A DNA stretch of 64,000 nucleotides from Candidatus Omnitrophota bacterium (GTDB taxonomy: Bacteria > Omnitrophota > Gorgyraeia > Tantalellales > Tantalellaceae), in the NCBI GenBank assembly GCA_015231405.1, contig JADGBR010000009.1, forward strand, positions 25,423 through 89,422. Reading direction: 5' to 3'. The notes below the pieces were generated by a model, which was not told the origin of the DNA, ran no database searches, and saw only the letters and a program-made list of their open reading frames with translations. Every line of letters starts with the position of its first letter. Within the stretch, counting starts at the first letter, position 1. The translations under genes and the position numbers were made by a program. Positions 26,151 to 37,600 of this stretch are shown here, in pieces.

Positions 26151-29100
26151 TCATGCGGAGATCAGAGCGCGCCTGTAACCTTCTATGGCTTCCCGAAGTT
26201 CCAAGTAGTCGATCTTAATGATCCTAGGAATGTATTTAAGAAGACCGCCCGCTATATTGAACCCGAAAAGCTTTTTATCTTTTAAATATGCCATGAATCT
26301 GTCGTTATCGAATTCGGAGTGTCCGATCGACGCCCAGTACGCGATAAAATTCAAAGCGGCGTCGTAGATCTCGCCGGTAGCGATGGCGGACGAATCATCT
26401 CCGTTCTTATACGCTATGACCCTTATATTTTCAGGAAGGGCATCTTCGGAACACATGGCGTCCGGGTCGAATACCGTTATGTATGTTTCAGCCGGAAATA
26501 GCTCTACGGCTATTGCAGCGGCAGTTCTGGCCTTAGCCTCATCAATTGTTAAAAGCTCTATATTCTCCTCTTTCAGATATTTTATTCCCATTTCCTTGAG
26601 GAGCTTCGCCTTCCCGGTTCTCCGCGATACCCGAACGAGCTGTTCTTCCCCGGCAGTTACCGGAGCGAGAACTATCCTGATATCATGTTTCGCTCCTCTT
26701 TTTCTATATGCCTCGGCTATCATTTTCAACTCTCCGAAGGTCCTTACTTTAACCATCAAAGCGTCCTTTCTTCCATCGGCCGTTTTTATCTCCCCGGCCA
26801 TATAATTTACGGCGTCTTTTGTAAGCGAATCCTGCGGCGTCGAGTCCGAACTTATTTCAGAGAAATTCATATTGTAAAGCCCGAGATCGTTAATGAGCGG
26901 CATTATTACCGGAAGGAACATCTTTTCCATTATTGAACTGACGCCCGCATATACTTCTTTGTATTTACCCAGCCGAAGGCTCGTGAACGGGGCGGTTCCA
27001 CCGTCTTTACCCCGCATTAGGGCGTCTAACGCCTCGCTTTTATCCAGGACTTCCATCCGCGCCTCATGTGTTTCCAACTGAGAGACGATCGCCTTTACCT
27101 GTTCGGACACTCCTCCCTTTACGCCGCTGAGCGCCTCAGCCTTGACTATGCCTGTCAAAGCTATTCCTCTGGCTTCGGCGATCTTCGAGATCGTATCGAT
27201 ATTCTTACTCGCGTCAAACGCATTCTGCGTCTCCGGAAGAACAATGAATACGAACTCATCCCTTGGGAACTTTGCCAGCTCCGCGTCTATATCGGCTTCC
27301 TCGAACCCCTGGAATTCCTCTATGCCTATCACGAACCTTTCCCTGACCGGTTTTATATCACCGATCTTTCCCGTTTCGGCCGCAAACCTGGCGTTAGCGA
27401 TGAACCTGGCCCATTGCCTCACGCTGAAAAAAGGATGTTCTCCGCCGGGAGTAAGAGCCGCGGCGAGCTTTTCGGGAAAGCCCGCTATCCTGGCGTCCCC
27501 GGCCGTAGCCTCCTCATCCTCCTCAATAAAGAAAATTATTTTTTCGCCGTCTTCCAGGTCAAGCTTGTTCCAGTTCGAAACAATTCCCGCATTACCTATA
27601 AATGTTTTTGACTTGATCCCTACCCTGATGAACAGCTTAGTATCGCCTTTACAATACCCGGCGCATAAATTTGCCAATGCCCTGCAATTACTTATGTCCC
27701 CGAAATCCAGTTTATTGCTCAACACGAACTTATACGAGATCTTTTTCATACCCAGGACCATATATGGCTTGATCTCATCAAGCAGCGCCCCGGCTCTTTC
27801 ACCCTCGGTCAGGATGAGCATTTCCCTGGATAAGCCCGTATTAATTTCCGAAACGCCGCCTTTATCGTATTTTTTTCCGTCATTTATGATCGCGAACCTC
27901 ACATCCGGATACTTTGGCAATATTTCCTCGACCGCTGCCGCAATATCCTTCCAATCGATCCCTTGGGGAGTAACGATCTTATCTGTCCCGGCTCCAACGG
28001 TAAAACCGTGTATGACCCTGATATCGCTTGCCTGTATCGTGGCTTCGGCGATAGGCGCGCCTTTTTCGCCGTAGACTCTCGGCTGATCCTCACCCTTCAC
28101 CCTGACCTCGAACGCCCTGGCATCGGTAGGTTCCGCCCCGGGATGTTCGCCAAGATACCCGTCATCAAGAACGCCGGCCAAAAAATCTATGAATTTCTCG
28201 ACGTCCGTCTTTGCGCCTTTGACATCAAACCCGACTTTACTGCCGCATTCCATGGCGTATTCCAATAGAACGAGCATGCTGTCGCATTCCATCGAAAGAC
28301 TAGTTCCGTCCTTTAATATCCCGTTCACTTTCATTTTTAATTTCAGCTCCATCAGCTTCCTTATTATAAGATCGCTCACTCGCATGTGCACTCCGTTAGG
28401 GGTCACTACCAAAAGTTCCAGCGGCACTTCGACCTCTCGTTCGTCACGGATCTCGGGCATTATAGGGCCAGCCGTCTCTTTCATCCCGCTGGCTTTGGCC
28501 GGGGAAGGCTCTTCCGCCCGAACATCCTCTACGGGTCTTCCCTCCAGTTTTCTTGAAACATTAGTCATGGATTCGGCCATCAGCCTGTTAAATTCGGGAG
28601 ATCCTCTCATCCTATCGAACCGCACACGGACTTTTTCAAGGATCTTCGCCTCTATTTCTTTATCGGGGATCCCCTCCCATCCTTTAAGAAGCTCAAAAAC
28701 ATTTTCGGCGCTGGTGAACCCTATGTTGGTCTTGACCTTAGTGATAAGTTCCGGGAGCACGCCCTGAAAGAGCGGTATCCCGTATTTCTTAAGGAAATAC
28801 ATGCTGAAAAAGAGCGTTTTGTCCAGTCTCGCGTAATCCCCGCATATCGAAACGGAAACGCCGTTTTCGGAAGCGGCCGCCATGACCTGATCGATCTTCT
28901 CCAACACGGTTTTATTGAAATCGGCGTCAGAAATATCCGTCCTGGGCTTACCGGAAACGGCGGAGGTCAGATCGTTAGATCCTACGCTAAGGAATTTCAG
29001 ACGTTTTCCTTCACCAAGGTCAAAAGTTAATATGTCACGTATGTCAGCCGCAGCTTCAAGCGTTTCTACCATTATACCTATCGCAAGCCCATCTATCCTG

Positions 29101-32100
29101 GCGACGTCGAGATCGCTGATCTTATCAAGGAGCTCCCTCCGGCATTCGGCGAGAACGCTCTTTATGAACTCCATATCTTTTATGGTCTTGACCATCGGGA
29201 ACATCATCCTTATGTTCCCGTATCGGGAACGGACATTAGCCGTCATTATAGCTTTGACCTGGTTCTTAAGCGCCCACCGGCCCGGCTCCGTCCGGTAATA
29301 ATCAAAACTGTTTATCTCTCTTCCCTCATCATCTTTTACGGAAGGGAGAGCGGAACAGATCTTGTCATTCTCCCTGTCGAAAGTCCTTAATGTCACGGGT
29401 TTATCCGCGACGTCGGCAATGGACCTGAAAAGCTCAGACATACTGGCTATACCGGGTTCGACTCCCTTGACGCCGTACATATATTCCGTCCGCCCGAGAG
29501 CGATGCCCGAAGCGCCGTACCGTTCGTACATCTCGCGGACAGCTCTCACCGCTTCTTCCTTGTTCCCGTAAAGGTTTATGTTGCCGTAAACCTTGACGTC
29601 GGCTCCGTCCATTGTTTTCGCCGAATCATCCGCTTTGCGTGAGGCCGCTTCCATCGACGCATAGAAACCCGACATGACCCTTCCTTCCATGTAATCCTGG
29701 AATATCTCCGTCGTGGGCTCCCCTAAATGGACCTTGGCGACGTCGGTCTCGCTGCCCGTGACTTCCTTGTAAATTATCGAGACCTTCTCGCCCATTCTTA
29801 TTTTTTCGTCGAAAAATATCTCGGGTATACCCAGGACGAGAAGAGCTCCCATACCTGTGGCGATTATGGCCACATGCTCGGTCGTGGAACCGTGGGAACT
29901 CACGTAAAATTTTACCCCGTATTTCTCTGTGAGCGCCCTTAAAAGCAGGTCGTCCCTTATGAGCGTCCTTGTCATAACCACCGGCGGACGGGATAAAGCT
30001 TCCGCTTTCTTCATCTCGGCCTCTACTTCGCCCAGAACAACGTCCTCGAGGTCCATCTCCTCCAGAAGAAGGTCGATTATTCCGCTTATTATCGCTTTGA
30101 TCGCAAGCGCTTTGAACATGAGCTCTTCCGAATGCAGTTGCGCTACGGCGTCGACCGAAAAATTCATCTCATACCACAGGCGCAAAGCGAACCGCGCGGT
30201 ATAGCCCTTATCTCTCATAATATCCGAAACTCCGGCAAAAACTATCTCCGCGTGTTTTATCGTTCCGGGGCCTAACGCTTCCAGCTTATCACCATTTTTA
30301 GCCCTTTCGAAACAGGAAGATAATTTAGCCTGTTCCAGCTCCTTTTCGCGTTCCCCGGCAATGTATCCGCGGTCCAAAGTCCGTACCAAGTTAACCATAA
30401 GGTTATTGGTGCTGTCGCCGTTGTCGACCCCGAGCCGGTTATTCCTGTACAAACGGTAGACTTTCGAGAAAACCTGGCGGGCGGCGCTGGGCTTTGGCGT
30501 CCCTTCTTCCTTGAGATCCACCTCCCGATAAATTTCCATGAGAGCGCCGTACATCCCCTGGGCTATGCTCCTTTCTCTTTCATCATGGGCCATATCCATT
30601 GCTTTGTCATAATATTTGATCCTTGAACCCAGGACGCTTTGAAGATGCATCCTTTCCTTGTCAAGATCGTCCTCGGGCACCACGGCCTTGCCGGTAAGTT
30701 CGTTCTCTTCTATCGTTTCCCTGCCAACGTCAAGGACCACGGCATACCCGTCGAGAATAGCTCCCGGGATACCGTTAGAACGGCATATTACGGCTCCATC
30801 CATCAGAGCGCGGTATTTGCGGATCGTTCCGGCATATGCCTCTCTTTCTTTTTCCAAAGAACCCACTATCTCAAACACGCCTTCGGAAGCCGTTGGGCCC
30901 GTTTTCCTGTATGAATCATAGAGTCCGGATAATTGTTCGTCGCTAAGCTCCTCTTTTTCCGATAATGATCTCTGGAACTGGAACAAAGAAAGGAATATTT
31001 CGGCCTGGTTCCCGCTTTCTAGCGGCCTCGCGGGATAAATATGATGGTACATGCCTCTTGTCTCGATCAAAGGCAGGATACCTGATGATGATATCCTGTC
31101 GCTTATGGCTCTAAAATCTCCGGCCCTGTCGGTCGTCGAGATCATTATCTGCGTCATTGGCCCGGCCCCTTCGAGCCCCTTTTCGACGTCAGAGGGTATG
31201 TACCTCCTTCTGTCGTTCAAGACCACAAAATACTTTTTCACGCCTTCCGAAGCGGCCTTCTCAGACATCCGGTAAGCCGTCCAGAGGTCGAATATCTCAT
31301 CGTAGAGATAGTCCGCGTGCCTGACTATGTGGTAAGGTACGAACATCCTCTCCATAACGGCCCTGGCGAACTCGAACGGTATGGGTTCGGCCGCTTTAAG
31401 CTCCTCGGGCAGGTCGGACAAACTCTTTAGCGAATTTATCAGGTCAGCTTCTTTTGATATCCGATCAAGGACGGCTCCCGAGGCGCCCTCATAAAGTCCC
31501 GCCGGAACCACGGGCGCGCCTGTCTTTTGAGGTTGCCGCTGGGGAGTGACTTCCTCCCGCACAAACTCCTTTGGTATACCCACAAAGAGATTTATCGCGG
31601 GCAATAATACCAGCATCCCCAGAAAATGAGCTATGCCCGCTCTCACACCGGGATCGGACGGAATATTCAGGCGCTTCATGAGTTTAAGAGCCCTGTGCTC
31701 GGCGAGCTCGTGACTGAGGATATTTCGCCGTACCCATTGTTTATTTATCAGCCAGAAAGCCGCGTGCGGCCTTTGTACGCCTTTTAGAGTCACGCCTGCG
31801 AGATGAACGCCCTTAAGCCCCTCTTTCTCTTCTGATGTAAGATAAGATCTCCCCTCGGAGGCCTCTATCTCCGAGAGTTTCCAGCGGGTAAGCGCTCTGT
31901 AAGCCTCCCCTTTTATCAGGTAAAATCGGATGGAAGCGTATCCCGCGTAAAACCCGGCTCCCATTATAGCGGCTGAGCACCAGGTTAAACCATGTGCGGC
32001 CGCCATATTGCTCAACCCGAAATAAACAAGCGCCCAGGCCGTAACCAGGCTAATACCGTACCACCTGACGCCGGAAATGACGCGGAACGAGTGAGCCGGC

Positions 32101-34625
32101 TCACCCGGAATGTCCCCACCAGTAGCGGATGTCTTAATGACCGGTACGGGCACGGCTTCCGGAACGGCGGACGGCGCTGCCACATAGACAGCTTGTCTGG
32201 CTGCTATTTCCCCGTAAGCGCTCCTTACCCTCACGAAAAACGCGTTTAAACGTTCCGCTATAGTATCGCCGTTCGATCCTTGTAAAGTTCCATAGAGCGC
32301 CGCGTAATCGTAGGGTATCTTTATTCCCTTGATGTCCCTGATCAGCCCGATGATATTCCGGTCGGAAGGCTCGGCCTTATCGTGATAGATCTTTTCGGCC
32401 ATCTGCTTTACCACAGCATCGTTGTCAGCCAGTCCGTCAAGAACCGGCTCAAGTTCCATACCGGCAACTACGGAACGCTGTATGAGAGCGCGTATCTCAG
32501 GCATGGCATGGCCTTCATCCGTCACGCCATCTAAAGTCCTTAACGCTTCTGCGAAATCATCCGGAGTTCCGGGCTTAGACGGTTCCATGGGCACTTTCAT
32601 TCTGGCGTTAAAAGCCCTTCTCTCGGCCGGGGAAGTTATCCTGAACTCATATTTAAGAGGCTGACCGTTCTTAACGGCCTCCCGCACTATGGTAACGAAA
32701 GTCACGACCGGAGAATTACCGTCATATATCACCGCGCATCCGCTGACCTTTCTGACGGTGATATTGTCGATGAACCGCCCGAAGGTTTCCGCAGCGATAA
32801 CCGGCCTTCCGGGCCCGGCAGAATGAGCGTCATAGTGAACGGCATAATCGGCTTTCCATTTTGCCTTTAACGACACGGTATCAGCTCCGCGAAGCGATGC
32901 TTCACCGAGAGAATAGAAAACAACGGGCCTTACGATATCAAAAGCATACTCGGGATCTTTAGACAGTCTTTCGGGGGTCAGTTCGTCAAAAAAGCCTTTT
33001 AATGCCAGCTGATACCTGCCGGCATCAAGCACTTTTTCGTACCGGCTCTTTTTATTAGTGAGCACCGCGATATACGGTCTTTCATTCCCTTCCGCGTATT
33101 TAGGTATAACTATGAGATACGATAAGCCTTTCTTACGCATGAGCTCGGAGAGACCGTCGGCGTGATATCCACCGGTAATAAGGGCAGCGACGTTCCTTCC
33201 CTCCTCCCTCATCCTCTTTACCGTGTTATCGATGATAGACCTGTTCCTTATCTCCGCGTCAAGATAGAACCGCATCGCCGGGTCTATCCCGCTCTCGATC
33301 GCGTTAAGATCGTACGCTCCGGCTGCCGGCACGCCGTATTTGGCGCTCCACTTCCTTAAAAGACGCGCCCATTTGCCCGCTCCAAAGTCCCTCCTCCTCT
33401 CTTCTATCGCCTGGAACTCTCCGCTTGAAAGCTCCATGGAATACAGCTGCTTTAACATCCTGACGTCGTTCATCATCGAGTATAGCTCGCGCTCGTCAGA
33501 GTTCCTGTAAAGTCCTTCCATGACCCTTGACTCGGCGAGCGCCGCGTCACGGTAAAGCCCGGCCACATTGATAGAGTTGTATATCGAGACATATCTCGTG
33601 TATTTTATGAGATCGCCGAACCCTTCGCTATCTATCCCGTTCGATCCCGCGAGTTTTAGCAGATATCCGTGGAACTCCGCCTCGGCTATGCGCCTATTCT
33701 TAAACGATACTGATCTAGAGACGAGCTCTTCAAGCGACCTTTTATCCAGTACTCCGGCAAGGCTGTCTATGAGCCTTTTCCGCTGGGCGTTCGCGAGTGA
33801 AAAATCTATGGAATCCTCAAGCGTGACGGATTCCACCAGTTTATCAAGCTCCTTGTATTCCCCGATATCCACGCCGGACCGCCTGAGCATAGGCCCGGTT
33901 TTTCGCCAATAGCCCTTAAAGCTTTTTTCGCCCGAACGGTGCGCTATGCAGTTCGCGTGAAATTCCCTGAGTTCCTCCGACGAACACTTAGCCTCGAACG
34001 CTTCCAGCTGAGCTAGAAGCGAATCGATATTAGAGCGTTCCTCCGACATCATGCCGGCGAGTTTTCCGAAACTCTCAACGTTCTTCGCGTATAGATCCTC
34101 ATCCTCTATACCGTATAGCGCTATATCCTTAGAGGAAGTCACGTCGAAGAACTCTCCGGCGCTCATCCTGCCTTCACTCATAAAATGACCTGCCGTATCC
34201 CGCCTTATATCCTTATCCGGAAATGTTTTCAAAACGGAAGTATCGATATACCCGGTAGAACCCTCTACCGCCACCAGAGACAATTCGTAATCATTGGCCA
34301 GCGAATCGAGAAGTTCAGCTATGGAATACTGCGCGGATAGCGACGAATGGGCGTCCTGGATATTGACTATGAGCTCTTTTCCGCCGGTCGAATTCACTTC
34401 GCTTACACCCGCTAGGTCGTAAGGGATCGCAATATTTCCCCGTTCAGGATTATCCCCCGGAAAGGTTGTCCTTTGTATTTCGGCATATTCCCACGATGAC
34501 GAGACATCGGCCGTAAAGCCGCTTTCCTGCCAGAAGAAAACGAAGGCAACGAGAAGTGCAATCGTTCGGATAAATAACGGATAAGAGCTGTTCTCTTTCT
34601 TACCGCGTGAGAAGTTTTTTGACAT
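26151..34625 (-). CDS. Giant protein G2 (2824 aa): signal segment, QDAH domain, TM module, PTS enzyme I, HPr-like repeats, shared C-terminal domain
   Basis: ORF track. N-terminal hydrophobic segment (IALLVAFVFFW), NIQDAH, VEGSTG and ITGGYH motifs, plus the EI and HPr motifs listed separately. Confidence 0.92.
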   Translation of the reverse strand: MSKNFSRGKKENSSYPLFIRTIALLVAFVFFWQESGFTADVSSSWEYAEIQRTTFPGDNPERGNIAIPYDLAGVSEVNSTGGKELIVNIQDAHSSLSAQYSIAELLDSLANDYELSLVAVEGSTGYIDTSVLKTFPDKDIRRDTAGHFMSEGRMSAGEFFDVTSSKDIALYGIEDEDLYAKNVESFGKLAGMMSEERSNIDSLLAQLEAFEAKCSSEELREFHANCIAHRSGEKSFKGYWRKTGPMLRRSGVDIGEYKELDKLVESVTLEDSIDFSLANAQRKRLIDSLAGVLDKRSLEELVSRSVSFKNRRIAEAEFHGYLLKLAGSNGIDSEGFGDLIKYTRYVSIYNSINVAGLYRDAALAESRVMEGLYRNSDERELYSMMNDVRMLKQLYSMELSSGEFQAIEERRRDFGAGKWARLLRKWSAKYGVPAAGAYDLNAIESGIDPAMRFYLDAEIRNRSIIDNTVKRMREEGRNVAALITGGYHADGLSELMRKKGLSYLIVIPKYAEGNERPYIAVLTNKKSRYEKVLDAGRYQLALKGFFDELTPERLSKDPEYAFDIVRPVVFYSLGEASLRGADTVSLKAKWKADYAVHYDAHSAGPGRPVIAAETFGRFIDNITVRKVSGCAVIYDGNSPVVTFVTIVREAVKNGQPLKYEFRITSPAERRAFNARMKVPMEPSKPGTPDDFAEALRTLDGVTDEGHAMPEIRALIQRSVVAGMELEPVLDGLADNDAVVKQMAEKIYHDKAEPSDRNIIGLIRDIKGIKIPYDYAALYGTLQGSNGDTIAERLNAFFVRVRSAYGEIAARQAVYVAAPSAVPEAVPVPVIKTSATGGDIPGEPAHSFRVISGVRWYGISLVTAWALVYFGLSNMAAAHGLTWCSAAIMGAGFYAGYASIRFYLIKGEAYRALTRWKLSEIEASEGRSYLTSEEKEGLKGVHLAGVTLKGVQRPHAAFWLINKQWVRRNILSHELAEHRALKLMKRLNIPSDPGVRAGIAHFLGMLVLLPAINLFVGIPKEFVREEVTPQRQPQKTGAPVVPAGLYEGASGAVLDRISKEADLINSLKSLSDLPEELKAAEPIPFEFARAVMERMFVPYHIVRHADYLYDEIFDLWTAYRMSEKAASEGVKKYFVVLNDRRRYIPSDVEKGLEGAGPMTQIMISTTDRAGDFRAISDRISSSGILPLIETRGMYHHIYPARPLESGNQAEIFLSLFQFQRSLSEKEELSDEQLSGLYDSYRKTGPTASEGVFEIVGSLEKEREAYAGTIRKYRALMDGAVICRSNGIPGAILDGYAVVLDVGRETIEENELTGKAVVPEDDLDKERMHLQSVLGSRIKYYDKAMDMAHDERERSIAQGMYGALMEIYREVDLKEEGTPKPSAARQVFSKVYRLYRNNRLGVDNGDSTNNLMVNLVRTLDRGYIAGEREKELEQAKLSSCFERAKNGDKLEALGPGTIKHAEIVFAGVSDIMRDKGYTARFALRLWYEMNFSVDAVAQLHSEELMFKALAIKAIISGIIDLLLEEMDLEDVVLGEVEAEMKKAEALSRPPVVMTRTLIRDDLLLRALTEKYGVKFYVSSHGSTTEHVAIIATGMGALLVLGIPEIFFDEKIRMGEKVSIIYKEVTGSETDVAKVHLGEPTTEIFQDYMEGRVMSGFYASMEAASRKADDSAKTMDGADVKVYGNINLYGNKEEAVRAVREMYERYGASGIALGRTEYMYGVKGVEPGIASMSELFRSIADVADKPVTLRTFDRENDKICSALPSVKDDEGREINSFDYYRTEPGRWALKNQVKAIMTANVRSRYGNIRMMFPMVKTIKDMEFIKSVLAECRRELLDKISDLDVARIDGLAIGIMVETLEAAADIRDILTFDLGEGKRLKFLSVGSNDLTSAVSGKPRTDISDADFNKTVLEKIDQVMAAASENGVSVSICGDYARLDKTLFFSMYFLKKYGIPLFQGVLPELITKVKTNIGFTSAENVFELLKGWEGIPDKEIEAKILEKVRVRFDRMRGSPEFNRLMAESMTNVSRKLEGRPVEDVRAEEPSPAKASGMKETAGPIMPEIRDEREVEVPLELLVVTPNGVHMRVSDLIIRKLMELKLKMKVNGILKDGTSLSMECDSMLVLLEYAMECGSKVGFDVKGAKTDVEKFIDFLAGVLDDGYLGEHPGAEPTDARAFEVRVKGEDQPRVYGEKGAPIAEATIQASDIRVIHGFTVGAGTDKIVTPQGIDWKDIAAAVEEILPKYPDVRFAIINDGKKYDKGGVSEINTGLSREMLILTEGERAGALLDEIKPYMVLGMKKISYKFVLSNKLDFGDISNCRALANLCAGYCKGDTKLFIRVGIKSKTFIGNAGIVSNWNKLDLEDGEKIIFFIEEDEEATAGDARIAGFPEKLAAALTPGGEHPFFSVRQWARFIANARFAAETGKIGDIKPVRERFVIGIEEFQGFEEADIDAELAKFPRDEFVFIVLPETQNAFDASKNIDTISKIAEARGIALTGIVKAEALSGVKGGVSEQVKAIVSQLETHEARMEVLDKSEALDALMRGKDGGTAPFTSLRLGKYKEVYAGVSSIMEKMFLPVIMPLINDLGLYNMNFSEISSDSTPQDSLTKDAVNYMAGEIKTADGRKDALMVKVRTFGELKMIAEAYRKRGAKHDIRIVLAPVTAGEEQLVRVSRRTGKAKLLKEMGIKYLKEENIELLTIDEAKARTAAAIAVELFPAETYITVFDPDAMCSEDALPENIRVIAYKNGDDSSAIATGEIYDAALNFIAYWASIGHSEFDNDRFMAYLKDKKLFGFNIAGGLLKYIPRIIKIDYLELREAIEGYRRALISA
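27470..28430 (-). other. HPr domain followed by two degenerate HPr-like repeats in G2
   Basis: VVTPNGVHMRVSDLI resembles N..GLHARPA with the His kept. The next two ~90-aa units (IVTPQGIDWKD.., FVLSNKLDFGD..) have HPr-like spacing but lack the His. Confidence 0.6.
28580..30800 (-). other. PEP-protein phosphotransferase (PTS enzyme I)-like domain in G2
   Basis: GSTTEHVAIIA (phospho-His), GIALGRTEYMY, VTLRTFD, IRMMFPMV, IGIMVET, FLSVGSNDLT, VSICGD. Confidence 0.88.
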
Positions 34626-34697
34626 TATCTTATATCTATCCTGTGAACAGCGGCTTCTAACTCCGCCATTGAAATCCTAATTTCATACATCAAAACA

Positions 34698-37600
34698 TTA
34701 CGCTGACCATAGAGCCTGACGTCGGCTCTCAAGTTCCGCCCGGGCGTCAACCGGCATAGCCGGCATGTTCATGAGCAGTCCCTTTATGAAATTGACCACG
34801 GCCTGTATCGACCGTTGGTCCGCGGGAAGAAGGTTGGTATCCTTGACCTCGTCGAAGCTCATCATAAAATATATATCGGACGGGGACACCCTTCTGCCGG
34901 TGAACTGCGTGAACAACACTTCCAATTGGTCCAGGTCTTTTTTATCCACTTGTTTATCGACAACCCGTACCGCCGAGAGGACCGATCCGGCGGCCAGCAT
35001 CTCAAGATTGTAATACATACCGTTATCCTTGAGGCCTGACACATCGGGCAATGCCGGGAGTTTGACGGCTTTTGAAAGGATCGCGCTTTCAACGCCGGTT
35101 TCGGTATCAGCGTTCTCATAATTTGCCACTGTTCCGAGTAAAACCTGGCGCGCGTCAGCCCTTAAAGAGCCGGCCCTGATCTCCGAGAAACCGACTTCCG
35201 AGTTGAACGTGATTATTCTGGCATCTATCCCAAGTTTCGTCCTGAGTACCTGCTCCAGCTCCCTTTTCTCATCGCCCGTGAAGGCTTCTTTGGGCATTAT
35301 ATAATCTATCTTTTCACCGTTGAGTTTAGCCGAGTAGGCCTTGGCTGTCTGGAACGCCTTAACTATGGTTTTTTCAGGACCCATAGGGATATGCCCGGTA
35401 TATACCCTGGTATCCTCGTCGGCTGACACGAGAGTATATTCCCCTAAACCCGCTGATACCATTTTTCTATCTCCGGATTTCAGGGTAATGATATTCCCAT
35501 CCCCGTCCCTGAGAAGTTTTCCCGTACGGTCCACTATTCTGATCGCTCCTTTCTCAACGGAAAGGATATGGTCAGAACGACTCGCCAACGCGTCAACTTT
35601 CACTGACCCGCCCATAGTCATTGTATACCCGGTCCTCATAAAATTGTCGCCGATCCCGATGATCTCGACCTTCGCGTCCCGCGCGTCAGAAGTGATAAGC
35701 GGCACCGGTGCCGCTTCAAGGGTTTCCACAGTGCGATCGCCCGCGGCGAGCTCACCGGAGGCGTCAATATCCAGAAGATACTTAGTTCCGTCGAGCGCCT
35801 CACCGCTATCGTCAGCCATGACCGCCTGGGGGAAAACCTCTCCCGGAGTTAATTCGCCCTCGCCGGGCATAGCCGCGTCATCGCCGAAGCGCGCCGCGTC
35901 CTGTACGGGAAGTCCGGCCAGGCGTGACCAGTTCTTAGCGACAATACCGCTAAGCCCTTTCGGGTCACCGACTTCAGGCCCTGGGTGGCTATCGCTAAAA
36001 ACGGAAATAGTCCCGTCGCTCATGATACCGAACCCTAATTCTTTGAACTGGTTAAGCTGCAAAAGCGCCCTTATGAGGGGAGGTGCCAGATATCTGCCCT
36101 TTGACGACATCTTCGGGTCCTCGACGTCGAGACCGACGGCTGAAACCCTGTCGCCCGTCCTCTCCCTGACACCTGCCCTGTCGGCCGGTATATAGTGCGA
36201 TTCATAAGCGGTGTAAAGAGAAGGCTCCCTTAAAAGCACGTACGTCATGTAATCCGCTACCATCTCCCAATCGGGTTCCGGTGATCCCTTCTCAGCCTGC
36301 AGATCCGCCCTGTGCTGCACCGACATGAACCTGTAAAGGTCTTCCATCATTGTCGCGGCGGTCGTTCCCGGAGGATCGTTCTCGAAAAGGGCGTTGTGGA
36401 TATAGATCATTAGAGCTACCTTATTATCCCTGATGGCGGCCCCTATCTCCGGTGTTATTATCGCCGAACCGATATTCGATACCAGCGTCGTTGGGAACAT
36501 AAGAAGAAGCCTGGAGTTCCTTATCGCCATTTCCGCGAGCGGATTAGAGGCTACTTTTTCGCTCGGCACAAGGACTTTTATCACTCCCTGGATGTCGCCT
36601 TCGTTTATTGCTTTTCTCAACGCCTCTTTTTGAGCCGCGTCAAGTACCGGGCGTTCCCTTATGACCGTCTTCTGGAACGGCCCCACCTTGGAGATCTCAT
36701 TGAAAGCGTCTTCGGATGGAAGGAACTGTATCCTTGTCGTGGGAACACCGTTTTCGTCTGTCTGGTAAGCCAGACCCGCGAGATGATATCTCCTTAACGT
36801 CACCGGATGTACCCGTCCCTGAACGTCAAGGAAAGTCTCCATTTCCCTTATGGTAAGATACCACGCGATATCGGCGCTGGTAGATCCCGCCTCGATCAGT
36901 ATCGATATTTCACCGTCTATCGCCGCCCTTTCCTCCGTCGAGAGAAAACCGTCCGGGTGGTCAGGAGCGGGTTTCGAAAGAGTAAGGAGCGCCGAACTTG
37001 GCACTGTCCCGCCAGGAAGCGCGTCTATCGCTTCATTGAAACATATCTGTGCGCCCACAAGGGTCATACTCCTCAAAGGCATGTCATATTTCGGGATCTC
37101 CACATTGGCGCAGAACTCCGCGTAAAGAAGGTCCCTAACTATCTGATCTTTCCCGTCCCTGATCAATTGATTGAGGACATGCTCGAGTTTTTCCTCAAGC
37201 GCGAGCACCCTCTCCTCGGGGTCGAGTTTAAGATCGCATAAAAGATGTCCCTGGTTTCGGGTAGGGTTCAGCATCTCCCAGAGCGTATTATCGGTAAGGC
37301 CGATTATGGCGCCCTCGGCGTCCCTCTTCGTCATTTCCGGGTGGGACTTCGCGAAATAAGCGAGTATATTTCCGACGAACGCCCCCCACACCTTTTCAGG
37401 TTCAGCCTTGGTCTTATCCTGTAATATACATTCCCTAAGTTCCGTAAGCGTATGTACCAATATCTCCTTGGCTTCGGCTACGGCCATACCGCCTCTCCTC
37501 ATATCATCCAGACGGCGATTGAACGCGGCTACATAGCCGTTAATAGCTTTAACCTTGGGAGCGTTCTTCGGCGAGACCTGCCCATACTGGGCCATGCGTA

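Noticed and set aside
34626-34697. Small GCGG/CCGC hairpin between G3 and G2 as a terminator
   Set aside because: The stem is short and has no convincing U-tract, so G3 and G2 may be co-transcribed.
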